The position numbers and the translations under genes were made by a program. This document shows positions 1-12,479 of a DNA stretch of 64,000 bases, one piece after another. Under the pieces are notes generated by a model that was not told where the DNA came from, did no database searches, and was given only the letters and a program-made list of their open reading frames with translations. Source of the stretch: Lama guanicoe (lineage: Eukaryota); the NCBI GenBank assembly GCA_013239625.1, contig MU053934.1, positions 3,490,399 through 3,554,398 of the forward strand, given 5' to 3'. Position 1 is the first letter of the stretch. The number at the start of each line of letters is the position of its first letter.

Positions 1-1499
1 ATATAATGGGTTGTAGCTGCCCTTCCCATCACAGGGACAGTGTGGGGAGAAACCCACTGATGTGTACGTGAGGATGGCAGCTTTGCCCTCTTGGGAAAAG
101 GAGGAGCTGTCATTACCTAGATTACTAAGAACCCCTCTTCTGGCCTCAATCACAATCACCTACCACTGTCCCCCACAGGAGGGGGCTTCCTCCAACTGTC
201 CCCTTCACTCCTCTCAACACACCCTTGGGCTCCCAGGCCCCCTCCCCCCACCTCCTTCCAACCATGTCTCTCCCTTTCAGAACCCTGGCTGCTGCCCAAC
301 CTCCCACCAACCATTTCCCCTGCCCTGGAGGAGGGGAACCAGGCAGTTTCAGAGCTTAGGGAGAGCACTCAGGACAGCTCACCAACCCCACTCACTGGCC
401 CTCCCCCTCATTCTCTCATTCTTTCCACTCCAGCCACAGTGTCTGCTTCTGTCCCTGCAACCTGAAGCAGCCTGAATCCCTCTTTCCCAGGACCTGCAGG
501 CTCACTGCCTCATCTTCTCTAGGTCTTTGCTCAAAGGTAGCCATCTCAGTGAGGCTTTCCCTGACCACCTTATTTTAAAAGTAATGCCCTTTCCACAGCA
601 GCCACTTCCAATCCCCTCCCTGCTTCATTTTTCTCCTGAGCACCTATCACCAGCCAACGTACTCCATATATTGCTGACTTATCTTGTTTGGGATCTGTTT
701 GCACTAAAATGTAAGTACCACAAAGTACACAAAACAGTAGAATCACTCTCCATGAGTATTGAATGAATTAAATTGTCGAGAGTGCCACCCTGAGATGGCT
801 CCAGATTTTACTGATTGCTGGGGGCTAGAGGGCTGGGGCCATACCCTCACCTTCAAAGTCAAACCAGGTAGCCAATTCACCCTTGGCTCAGAGAGGTCAA
901 GTAACTTGCAGGATTACACAGCCACGAAGTGCTAGAGCCAGATATTGCACATGAGTCTCACTACTTCGTTTTGCTTACAATACACACCAGGGTTTTAGTC
1001 TTGGCTCTGCCACTAACTGTGTGACACTGGTGAGTTAGTTAATTCTGATCCTAGTTGCTGTGAAATGAGGATCTTGGTACTTAATCTTTCAGGTTACTAT
1101 GTCCTCTTACATGTAAAGATTTTGGAATAGGAGTTGGCAAATTATGCAGAATAAATGTTAGCTTAAAAAAAGAAGGCAATTCTTCTTTTCTTTTCCTGTT
1201 TTTTTTTAAGGATGAACTGTACATTTTGTGAGTGAGCGCTACATCAGTGGAAGGGTACAAATGGTTGAAAACCCCTGAGCATTTAATTTCATCCTCACAG
1301 GTACTATTACTACCCCTATTTTACAGATAAGAAAACTGAGGCACAGAGAAGTTAAGTCTCCAGCCCGAGGTCTGGACTAAAGCCAGCCCGGGGGACTGTG
1401 GTGGGAATAAACCAAAGGGAAAGAGATTAGGAAGCCAGACCCGCCAGTGCCAGGCCTCTCAAGAGCCCCCTGGGAACCCTGACACTGCTGCTCAAGCTA

Positions 1500-1995
1500 A
1501 ACGTGCAGCGGGTCCCGCACTCGGAGGCATCTGGGCGCCGCCCGCCTTCGCCCCGCCCCTTGCTCTCGGGTTGTCCAATCCCACAGTTTTCATGTAAATA
1601 AAGCACCTAGAGAGAGCCTATGCGAGAGTGGCAGGGGCGTGGTCGTCGTCCACCTCCCGGGCAACGTTCTGATTCATTGTTAAAATAAAGAGGCTGTGAC
1701 CCCTGGCACCCCACCACGTCACCCCCTGTGCGTGGAAACCCGAGCCGAGGTTAGTACAGCGGGCAGAAAGGTTGGAAGGGAGGAGAGGCTAGTGGAGAAA
1801 GGTAGAGGGATAAGAGACACGGGGAGGGACTGGTTGACTGGCTGGATGGAAAGAGGTCCAGGGGTCCATTCTCCGGGTGGGGCATGCATGTCCGCTGAAG
1901 GTTTTTTGTTGTTATATCCACACCTAAAGTGCATTTTAGAGAAGGATTCTGCCAATTGGTTGGGGGTGGGGAGGAGGAAGCGGGAGCGGTGAGGG
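1500..1995 (+). promoter_or_regulatory. TRIOBP: Candidate distal promoter and non-coding first exon of the longest isoform
   Basis: Local CpG enrichment, GC boxes (ccccgccc ~1551, ggggcgtgg ~1634), CCAAT (~1576, ~1952) and a possible donor gcg|gtgagg at ~1989. The TSS cannot be determined from sequence. Confidence 0.5.
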
Positions 1996-2239
1996 GCACG
2001 TGTAGTAGAGCCCCCACCCCGAGGGAAATAACGTTCTTCATCTGAGGCTATCCTCCTTTATGTGGCAAGATCTGGAAAGAACCGCCCAGGCAGGGCAGGA
2101 GGGATGCGTTCCCCTCTCCACCACTGGCAGCTGGGAACGACTTTGGGAGATTAAAGTCCTGGGAGGATCAAAGACCCCAGGACCACCGAGGGGTCAGTGG
2201 GTGCCCCTCAACCCCCACTATGCCCTGCTGCTTCCCTAG

Positions 2240-2368
2240 GTCTGATGGTGGAGGAGCCAGGAACCTTCTCCCTGGCTGCCCCAGGGGAGGACCTGAAATT
2301 CCCCAGCTTTCAACCGAGATTGGCAACTAAGTCTGAATCCCTGAGCGGCTTAGGAGGAAACTTGCCAG
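2240..2368 (+). other. TRIOBP: Candidate 5'UTR exon 2
   Basis: Acceptor cttccctag| and donor ccag|gtgagg, lying between the promoter and the ATG exon. Confidence 0.55.
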
Positions 2369-3347
2369 GTGAGGACTGTATGGGCACATGACATGGGGGC
2401 ATGGCAAGGTGCATGTGTTTGGGGATATGGATTCCTCTCCTCCCCACCCCTCTCCTGGCTCTGCGTGAGTGAGGATGGCATCTTCAAGTCACTCTTCTGA
2501 ACGGGCTTCCCCCACCCAGGGTGTGGCATTGGAGCCCTTAGCGGCACCTAGTGGGAGATCCCTGGGCTCAAGTCAGAGTCTCTTTGGCTGAGCTCTGCCA
2601 CCAACTTGCTGTGTGACCTTATGTTGTTCACTTTCATCCATGATTTTGTCCTCAACTCTGAAATACCTGGCTGGCCTCTTGCCTCACTCCCAGTGTCTCC
2701 TAAGTGACCTGTGTGAGCTGGCAGTGAGGTCCAGTGTCCCTCACTTCCAACTCTGAGAGGGTGGCGAGGCACACAGACTGGGTGTGAATCCAGTTCAGCC
2801 ACTGGGGCTTTGAACAAGTTCTGGAACTTCTGTGAGCCGTAGCTGCTTCATCTGGTTGGCATTAATTTTATCCACAATGCAGGATACTTGCACGGCAAGG
2901 GCACTCAAACTTCTAGGTGCATTGGAGTCACCTAGGAGACTTGTATAACACCTTGTATAGGTGTCTCACCTCCAGAGATTCTGACTGGGTGAATCTGGAA
3001 GGAACTGGGAATATGCATTTTTTGAGCAGCTCAGCTGAGTCTAATGCAGGGTCCCCAAAATACACTTCGAGCAACGCTGCAGTAATGACTACAAATCACA
3101 TGTCGAATGCTTGGCAGAGTGCCTGATGCTTAGGAGGTGCTTAATGAGTGTTTGTTGAGTGAATAAATGAACAGATGAAAGAACTGATGGATAACCTCAT
3201 TTCTTTGGTCCTTGTCTATCTAGGGGCAAGCTGGGGCTGGAGTCTGGGTAGGCTGCCAGCCAGTCAGCTGGTCCTTGCTCCTATCCCCACATTCTTCCCA
3301 GGTCCCACCATTTTGGATTGCAGGAGCTGCCCTCTGACTTAGACGAT

Positions 3348-3461
3348 ATGGAGGGGATGGCTGGGAATGCCCCCTGTGGACATTTTGAGGCCAATGTGCT
3401 TACCCAGAGCTGCTGTCAAAACTGCTTCCACCCTGAGGAGGCCCACAGAGCAGTGTGCCAG
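3348..3461 (+). CDS. TRIOBP: First coding exon of the longest isoform (exon 3; acceptor probably 3302): MEGMAGNAPCGHFEANVLTQSCCQNCFHPEEAHRAVCQ
   Basis: Matches the recalled human N-terminus (CEHFEANILTQNRCQNCFHPEEAH); 114 nt; phase-0 donor cag|gtgggc. Confidence 0.92.
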
Positions 3462-3732
3462 GTGGGCAGTCCTTCCTGAGTTGTCGGGGTGGTTTGGGAT
3501 GGGGGAGTCTGTGATGGGGGAGGGGCCTCGCTGTGCCACTAACTTGCAGTTAGACCCAGACACTGACCCTCCTCCTGGGCAGAGCCTCAGTTTTCCCACC
3601 TGTACAATGAGGTGATGGGACTATGTTAATGTTTCCCATGCCGGTCATTCGCCTCTTGCTTTTATGATTTTTTTGCCAAGCCTCATGAAATCAATTGCTT
3701 ACCTTATTGTCCTTTAAATCAACATTTTTTTG

Positions 3733-3870
3733 GGGGGAAGGTATAGCTCAAGTGGTAGAGCACATGCTTAGCATGCATGAGGTCCTGGGTTCAATTCCCA
3801 GTACCTCCTCTAAAAATAAATAAGTAAACCTCATTACCTCCCCTCCCCAAAAAACCAACAACAACAAAAT
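3733..3870 (+). mobile_element. tRNA-derived SINE (Vic-1-like)
   Basis: Pol III A box tagctcaagtgg and B box ggttcaattcc, followed by an A-rich tail. Confidence 0.85.
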
Positions 3871-4879
3871 CAAACCAACACCCTTTTTTCACTTATACTG
3901 ACACAAAACTTTACATCACCACCACAAATAGAAACCTAGGATCATATCCTTTATAGAGCAGGTTTAAAGGAAAGAAAGAAAAAAAAACCCCAGAAATGTC
4001 ATTAAATTCTAACTAGGGTGTTGTCGGCTAAAGGCTCTGAGCCTGAGTTCTGCTGTCACTCTGTCAAAAAGGGAGAACGGTAGGTGCTAGGCATTAAAGG
4101 TCCCCCACAGCCACTGGAGACTGTCTCCTTGAAGGTATTGAAGGAGTGAAAGGGGAGGGGTTTTCTCACTTCGTGATGGATGTGATTTTAGGCTAAGCCC
4201 TGGTGCATGTAAACCTGAGCAGCTGGTACACACGTTCTGAGAAGCACAGGACCCGTGAATCTCCAAGGGCCCCTCCAGCCTTGACCCCCTATGGCTCCAT
4301 CATCCCAGGGGGTTGCTGAGGCTCCTCTTAAGCTTGGCAGCCATCCTCATGCAGGCGTTAGGCTCTAAGAGGTGGCCATTGTAAGGGAGTTGCTGTTCAG
4401 CTTTGGAGCCAGGCAGGCCAGAGTTCCAGTCCCAGGTTTGCCATTTACCAGCTGTGTGACCTTGGGTCATTGATCTCTGGTTTCACTCTCCATATGGGTA
4501 AAGTGGGGCAACAAAGCTTCTCACTCAGGGCATCCGGCCCTGCTTAGCTCAAGTCACATGTGGCTAATTCAATACACATTAGTTTCCTCTTTTCCACCTT
4601 CCCAACCAGAAAAATAAACCTGGGAGATTCTTTCCTACATCTCTTGATACCTCCAATAACAGTTCCTCTACCCTCACCCAAGTTCAGGGAACAGACGCCT
4701 GAAAGCCCCGTGAGTCCATCTCCCATGCAAATGACTTCTCCCAATGAGTGGGGAGATGGTAAGTGTGGAACAGAAGAACCTTGGATTCAGTTCTGAGTTT
4801 TAGTCTCAGTCCCACCACTTCCCAGCTGAGAACTTGGGCCAGCTCATGTGTTCACATATATTGCAGAGGTGCTTAAAAT

Positions 4880-5620
4880 GTCCTGAGCATAATGCTAGAT
4901 GTTGGGGAAACAGTGATAAATAGATCAGACGCAGTTCCTGGTTTATGGGGCTTACGGTCTAGCAAGAGAACTGGAGACTGAGAAAGTAATCATGCAAATA
5001 ATTATTTAATCGTGGTTGTGATAAATGTTATAAAGGAACAGCAAGAGGCATGAGGGTAAATGATAGGGCATCGGGGAATGTTTCTCCAAGGAAATAATAT
5101 TTCAGCTGCTGGTAAGGGTTGTGAGGGCATGGCCAGTGAAGTTGGGGGAAGAGGAGAGGAAGGGAACAGTATGTGCAAATGCCCTGAGGCAGAAAAGAGG
5201 AGAAACATTGGAGAGAGGGAAGCCAGAGAGAGGGAGGGGCAGAGGGACTCTAGGACAAGGATGGAGAATGGGGTGGGGACTGGGATTCACCGGCCTTGTG
5301 GGGACTTGTGGACATGCTGAGGACTTTGGTCTTTTTCCTGAGAGGCACTGAAGGAGCCACTGAAGGTTTTAAACAGGAGAGTGAAGGGATCAGATTTGCA
5401 TTTTCAAAAGTCAGTCTGACTGCAGGGCTGAGAATGGACAACAGGGAGTGAGAGTGAACCAGGTGACCAGTGAGGAAAAGTGCAATTACTCATGCCAGAG
5501 ATGTTGGAGACTTTGAGATGGAGACAAATGCACACGTTTCAGAACTAACTGAATAGAAGAATCTAAAGGATTTGGTAACTGAGTGACGTGGACGGGGGTA
5601 GAACATGGCTGACTACTAAG
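4880..5620. mobile_element. L2-like LINE fragment
   Basis: ggagccactgaaggttttaaacagg...gatcagatttgcattt motifs typical of L2. Confidence 0.6.
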
Positions 5621-6949
5621 TTATTTCCTGAGGCAGTGTTCTTGGGATGGGAGGTCTGTGTGGAGTTGTTTGGGTTGGTGAGTGAGAGGTCCCTGGGGAT
5701 ACACTGGCGATGAGGGGAGTTGACTTAACATAAGGCGCTCAGGAGCCAGACCTCAGCGGGAGGCAGAGGCTTTCAAGTTATCAGGATCTGGCACTGATGA
5801 TCTTGCTTATGGAAGAGCAGTTTCAAATATGTGGAGTCACAAAATCTGTATGTTAAAAAAGCACCCCCCAGCCTTGAGGGAGCTGTGCAGTTCCCAGCTG
5901 GACCCCTAATTACACATGGAAACAAACGCATCCCTGAGGAGCCTGCTAAAGGTATCACCTGGGATTGGAGCCAGTTCTGACATCACCTACGTTAGAATAT
6001 GCAGAAATGGCCCCAGGTCCCAGAGCAACCCTTTCCCAGAATCTTGCTCCAGCTCCCCTAGGATCCTGGGCTCCAGAAGCATCTCAGTTCTACTCTCAGC
6101 TGAGTCTCACAGGCTGGGAGGAGGACATATCCCTTGAAATCGCACAGCCTTGACCAGGTCCTGGCCAGGGAGGGAGGAGGGAGGAGGGAGGAGGGGCTAA
6201 GTGGGAGAGTCCGGCTGTGTGCCAGGCCCCACACATTCCTTTTCAATGCATCTATTCTTAAGTAGACTTAACATTCTATTGATTTAACACTAATAAAACT
6301 CTATTGAATGTTTTTATACTATTATATTTAATGTGTACAGACCAGGCACTTTACAAATATTAACTCATTTAAATCTCATAACACCCCTAGGAAGTGGGTT
6401 CATTAATCATCCCGTTTTGTAGATGACAAAACCAGGCTCAGAGAGGAAAGCCACTGGGCTGAGGTCACCGAGCTGGGAAGTGGAGGCGCCAGGATTGGGC
6501 CTGATGTCTGTCTGAGGCTAGAGCCCATGCTGACCCGCCAGACAGGAATCAGAGCTGGGGACTGGCTACTGGGCCTACTCCTTCGGGTAGTGGGTAGTGA
6601 TGGGGGCTGGAGGTAAAAGCAGGGAGGAGGTGCTGGGACAGGCTGGGGCTCCTGCTGGACTCAGGACCCCTTGAGGATGCCCCGTGAGCCGCTCCCTCCT
6701 CATTCATGTGCTGAGGTCCCCAGGGCAGCCAAGGCGCCAGGCCGGGCTGCAGATCTGACACCTCCTGCTACCCAGCGCTGATCAGAATCTAGCTCTGGGG
6801 CAGGGGGCGAAACTGAACCCAGCCAGGCCTTCTGTGGCGTGGACGGTGCAGCAGACACCCCAGCCCCACTCCTTGTCATGCCCAGATCCCACAGTGGCGA
6901 GTGGCCTTCTTGGAAACCAGCGACTCCATGCCCACCCTGGGGCTGTGGC

Positions 6950-7300
6950 CAGGCTATGGCCTCCGCCCTGGTTCTGGGCTCCAGGGTCCCCAGGGAGCCC
7001 GCGCCCAGGCCCCCGCCCGATCTGCTCTCAGGTGAGCCACAGGGATCAGGTTCCTGCGGTTTCATGTCCTGCATTGTTCTTGGCTGGGCCCTGGCTTATG
7101 AAACAGTAATGAGGGGCCCCTGCTCCCGCAGCCGGCCCCTCTAAGGTTTCCGCTGCCTCGGCCGATGCCGCCACGGCCCAGAGTCGGGGCCTGGGAGGGC
7201 GGCAGCGCGGGGGCCTGAGCCGGAGCCCCCCAGGGACGAGGGTGCTGACAGCCGCCAGCCGCCACCGCCAGAGCCCGCTGCCCAGGTAACCCAAGAGGAG
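6950..7300 (+). promoter_or_regulatory. TRIOBP: Internal GC/CpG-rich promoter with a candidate alternative first exon ending at 7285
   Basis: CpG cluster, GC box ccccgccc ~7011, donor cccag|gtaacc in phase with exon 4. Confidence 0.6.
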
Positions 7301-8155
7301 GCGGGGTGCAGGGTGCTATGACCACTGTCTCCCACCCCCAGGGGAGGGCCCTGGCACCCCAGGAGGTGGGAAGGAATGGGGGGGCCTTCCTAGAGGGGAG
7401 CAGCCGTTCCCCCCGGGTGAGCCCAGCACCAGCCTTCGCAGGTGTGGCCCTGCTCAGGGCAGGAGGGAGAGAGAGGCCGGCAGTCGGCTCAGGGCCCCCC
7501 ACCCCCACCTCTGGGGCCTTGACAACCTCTAGCCCTAGAAGCCCCATCATCTTCAGTAGGGCAGATCTCTGCCTGCCTCCAAGGTCTTCTTTCCCATCTT
7601 CTCCCTCAGACTACCTCTTCCTCCCTCGGGCATTTTCCGTCTCCAGATCAGCTTAACCCTCCCCCTCCCCTCCCCCTCATCTCCTGGCTACCAAGACCCT
7701 TTTCCCTTTTGTGCACTTCACATCCTCAGGTCTGCACTCATGTATTTGTGCCAACATACACGTGTTTGCATGTGTACACAAGTCAGGTGGGTTCACTGAT
7801 GTGTATGTTTATAAAGACAAATAAACATACACGCACTTTTGCAAACCGACACACCAGTGTTCCCACAAGTCGTGCATACACATGCATGCACATGCACACA
7901 CTTGCACACACACAGGCCTTTATACGCACACATACCTATACCCATGTACGTGTGCACATACCCTGCATCTCTGCCAGCCCCCAGCTTGGGTCCCAAGGGG
8001 CGCTCCCAGTCTGATGGACAGCTCTCCTTGAGAAGTATGAGATCCCTGGAGGTGTCTGGAGACTCTTCACGTCGCCTGGTGGGGGGAGGGGCTGCGCAGG
8101 GGGAGGGGAGCCCCCACGTGGGCCATAAGCTGCCACCTCTCCAACTCTGTCTCAG

Positions 8156-8295
8156 GAGCCCAGGAGCCCTCCAAGTGCTGAGGCACCCTACTGTGACCTA
8201 CCCCGCCGCCCGCCTACCATTGACGACCTGTTTGGTGCCTCGACCTCCAGCTGCCAGTCCGTGGTGGGTCCAGGCCTTGGGCCAGGGCCCGAGAG
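8156..8295 (+). CDS. TRIOBP: Exon 4 (EPRSPPSAEAPYCDLPRRPP...GPER)
   Basis: tctcag| acceptor, ag|gtgggt donor, 140 nt, PYCDLPR motif. Confidence 0.93.
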
Positions 8296-9617
8296 GTGGG
8301 TAGAACCCTGGGATCTGAGGAGGGGCTCCTGGGGTAGGATGCCATCACCCACCCTTCCCCACACCCCCCTTCACGATGGCAGCCTCCGTCTGTGATGGCT
8401 GCTGGCATGGGTCACACAGTCAGTCCACTCAGCTTGGGCACAAGCAGCAGGGCAGGTTCCATGGGCCCTATCTCAGAGGATGGATCAGCTCTGCATCCAC
8501 CCGGCAATTGGCATGGCCCACAGCCCACTCATTTCCTGGTTCTCTTTGCACAGCTTTAAAACATTAAAGTGTCAGCACCCAGGGGCAGTCTCCACCCACC
8601 TCCCTGACCACGCACTGCTCCTCCACCCCGGGGCCTGAGTTGGACTGAAGTCCCTTTTGGGGACCATAGTGCCTTGTGGAGGCATGGCTAAGGATCTAGA
8701 AACCTAAATTCCAGCTTCGGCTCCCTCCCTGATGGGCTCTGGGACCTTGGGCAAGTTATTCCTTCTTTTTATACCTCAGTTCCCCTGTTTAAAAAAGAAG
8801 AGGGATTGAATCCAATCAGCATTGCTTTGGGAACATATGTTCCTTAAAGGTAGTCATTATTTAAAAAACAAACAAACCAACTCTGCCATCAAATATGTTT
8901 CAGAAAGTCTGCGATAAACAAATTCGAATAGCTTGCTTGCAGGACTTGTCAGAGCCTTTAGTTTGCTAGCATGCATTTGTACTTTTGGGTGGGGGAGGTA
9001 GGAGAAGGATGTAATGTATCTTAAACTTATTTGACCACAGGCCTCTTTTAAAAGTCATCACCCATTTCTATCCTGTAGGCCAATCTGTGGGTCACCCTTT
9101 GGGGATACTGCCAGCTCTAACTGGCTGCCTTCTTTAAAGCAGGATTTCCTGTACAAGTCCGTCCCTCAGCATCCAGACTTGTGGCCCTGTCACTGTCCCT
9201 GGAATCCTGCTACCTCTCAGAGCGCCCCATTAGTCTAGCATGATTCTGTCTTCTTAGTCTTACTGAACCTGGGGTCCTCTCTCCTGCTCCAGTGACATGG
9301 TCAGGGCTGGGGCCACAGCCCTGGTTCATAATGCATCTCTGCCTTTTCCTGCCTCTGTGACCTTGGCCGGTCCCTTGACCTCTCTGAGCCTCAGTTTCTT
9401 CATCTGTAAAATGGGAATCATTACATTCATTTCAAAGGGAGGCTGTTGTAGCTAAATGAGGCAGCCCATGTAAAGAGCAGAGCACAGAGAGTCCTCAGTG
9501 TTAGTCCCCTCCTCCACTGTAATGTGAGGTGTGTGTGTACCTGGGTGGTGGTTGGCTGTTACTCCTTAATTCCCCTTACTTTGAGGGAAAAATTCATGAG
9601 TCTGTCTCCTCTCCCAG

Positions 9618-9798
9618 GGGCCCATCAGCAGGGCTCCCTGCAGAGGGCCTCACAGCCGCTCCCAGGAGCCAGGAACCCGAGGCAGTGCCCTACCTGCCCT
9701 CCTCCCTGTGTGGCAGCTTCAACGAGAGCTCTGACTCTGGCACCAGCTCCAGCCCTGACTGCGACGCCCCTGATGATACCAGCAACTCGTCCTCTGTG
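9618..9798 (+). CDS. TRIOBP: Exon 5 (GPSAGLPAEG...PDDTSNSSSV)
   Basis: ctcccag| acceptor, gtg|gtgaga donor, 181 nt, phase consistent. Confidence 0.93.
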
Positions 9799-10869
9799 GT
9801 GAGATGGGGGTGGGAGGCCAGGGTAAGAGCAGCTCTCTGCCCTGGGCCAGCCCTGGGGTTCCCACCCAAATCTCCAGGCAGGGCTGAGCCTCTCACACCA
9901 GGAAACTCAGCCAAGGTCCTCTGGAGACTTAGCTGCACCTTGGGCCGCCCTAGACCTTGCACCTGGGAGAGGCTGGCCCAGGGGGCTGAGGGTCTGGCTA
10001 TGAAAAAGTGGAGGAAGGCATTTCGGTTGTCAGGGAGCTCCCCGTGAGTCACCAGCGGGCTCAGGCTGCCAACAAGTGTCAGTTCACAGAGGGCGGGGAT
10101 GGTGGGTGTGGCATCCAGAGCAAGGATGGGACTGGCCCTAGGCCCTGCCCTGGTCACACACCGCTGAGCCGCGTGACCAGCCCTGGCATAGATCTCCAGG
10201 GACAGAGGAAAGGGAGCAGACTGGGGGGCCTGACAAGGGCTGGGGGCCATTTAACTGGGAGAAGAAGAGATGCAGGGGAACTTTCTGGTGCATTCACCCC
10301 TCAAAGGGCTGTCATGGGGCAGAAGAGACAGGCTATCCATGGGGCCCCAAGGGGGAGTGGTAAGTTTCAAAGGAAAACAACCCAGCCAGGTGGTCCTTGT
10401 CTTGGGAAGTCCCCCCACCCCCTGTCTGAGGTAGAGACGTCCATGGTTTAGGGGCCAGAAATCTGAGGCTCAGAGAAGGGAAGTGACTTACTTGAGGCCT
10501 CACATCCGGGAAGTGGTAGAGCTGGACTTTGAACCCACCTACTCTTCTCTGGGTCCTGGGGGTGTCTCTGGGGTGGGGGCTGCTATGCCAAGGCCCTCCT
10601 ACCATACGGAGTCCAACTGCCCTGGGTTCAAGTCCCCTTCCATAGAAACCATTTCCCAGCTGTGTGATTTTGGGCAAGTTCTTAGCTCCAATGAACGTGC
10701 CTACCTCACAGGGTTGATTGAAGATTCACTAAAAAAGAGCCCAGCAAAGTCGTGGTCTCTCCACGTCAGTTCCTTTTCCTTCCTTCTACCCATCTCACGC
10801 TGGGAGTGCAGGATCTGGGCTCTTTCTTTTTATTCTCCAAACACACTTTCTCTTCCCCTTCCCTGGCAG

Positions 10870-11035
10870 GACTGGGACACTGTTGAGAGGCCGGAGGAGG
10901 CCCCCAGTGGGGACAAATTCGCCGTGATGATCCCAAGGAAGCCGCAGGAGGGGCCAAGAGCTGACAGCGCCCGAAGGGCTCCTCTCCTCACCCGGTCCCC
11001 TGTGGGAGGAGATGCTGCAGGCCAGAGAAAGGAGG
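10870..11035 (+). CDS. TRIOBP: Exon 6 (DWDTVER...[14 protein letters not shown]...GQRKE); contains internal ATG 10927, the TRIOBP-4/-5-type start
   Basis: ggcag| acceptor, g|gtgagt donor, 166 nt. Confidence 0.94.
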
Positions 11036-12479
11036 GTGAGTACCTTCAGCCAGGCCAGTTTGGTCCCTGTGACCACAGGTGTGGGGATGTCCAGGGGCCT
11101 GGGAACTAGATAGCTGTGGGCCATGTGGGCCCCTTGAGACATCTTATTTTGGCAGTTTGAGTCTTAATAATAGTAACAGTTCCCATATAACTATGGAGCA
11201 GCTATAATGTGCCAGGAAATCTGCTTTAAATACATCATCTCACAACTGGTGGGTTAGGGTCTTCAGGTTGCAAATGACAGAAACCAGCTGAGTAAAAGTC
11301 TCAGGGAATATGACTTCAGGCATGGCTGGATCCAGGTGTTCAAACAGCATCAGAAATCTGGTCTCTGCTCTGCTTTTTTGTGTTGGCTTCATTGTCAGCC
11401 AGATCCTCCCCCGATAGTGGCATGATAAGCAGCAGCAGGCTTATCTTACCTAATTTTCAACCCCCACAGTAAGAGGGCACAATTTTCCCTATAGATGTAG
11501 CCAAAGTCCTGGGAAGGGTTTTCCCTGGGACCCAGCATGGGTCATATGCCCAACCTGGTGATCTGGGATGGGATCAGCTCCCTGTGCAAACGTCATGGTC
11601 TGAGAGTGGAGGAGAGGAGATGGCCCAAAGGAAATCAGGGTGATGTTCTCAGAGAAAGGCAAAGGCTGCTGGTCGGGCCAAGCCCATAGATGCCTATGAC
11701 ACTGGTCAGCGTCTTGCTGTCATGTGAACCCAGGGTGCTGGGCCCTCCATCACTACTGCACTGTGTTGCCTCCTGGTCTGTGTCTTCAACATCATCAGCA
11801 TTTGGGGCTATGGGGCCAGGGCATCATGTCCTAACTACTGGGGGACAGTCCTGGCTTCCCACAGCTCCTTACTGTTCAATCAGCAAACATGCAAGCGCTA
11901 ACCATGTGAAAACCCTGATGCTAGACACTGTGGGTGTTCAGGAGGAGTTCGACGTGGTCGCTGCTCTGGAAAGCTCATCATCTAGTAAAGCAAACAGTTG
12001 GGAGGTGATGAACAGCAGCCCAGGACAGAGGAAGAGCAGAAACAGCTGTGTGGGGCTGTGAGCCCGGCTGGGGTGGGGGCAGGGGCAGGGGCAGAGGAAG
12101 AGCTTCATTCCAGTCAGGGAAGGACTCATAGAGGAATGCCTTCTGGACGTGGCACTCTAGCTGAGGAAACAGCTGGGTAAAGGCTTGGAGGTGTAAAAAC
12201 GGAGCATCCTGGTACACACAGCTTTAGCATAGATGGGAGTGTACAGCTGGACCAGACCCTGCGGAGCCTCAAGAGTCTAGCCAAGGAGTTTGGACTCTCT
12301 TCTGTAAGTAGTAGGGGGCCACAGAAGGTTTTTGAGGATGGGAGTGATGTAATTGGTCCTGCACGTTAAGAATTTCACTAGGGCAAGGGTGTGAGGGATG
12401 AATTGGAGCAGGGCAAAGCTGAGGGATGAGAAACCAGTTAAAGAGACTGTTGTGACCGCTGGAATGATAACTGGTTCGG

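Noticed and set aside
3733..3810. tRNA gene
   Set aside because: A and B boxes are present, but this is the head of a multi-copy SINE with an A-rich tail.
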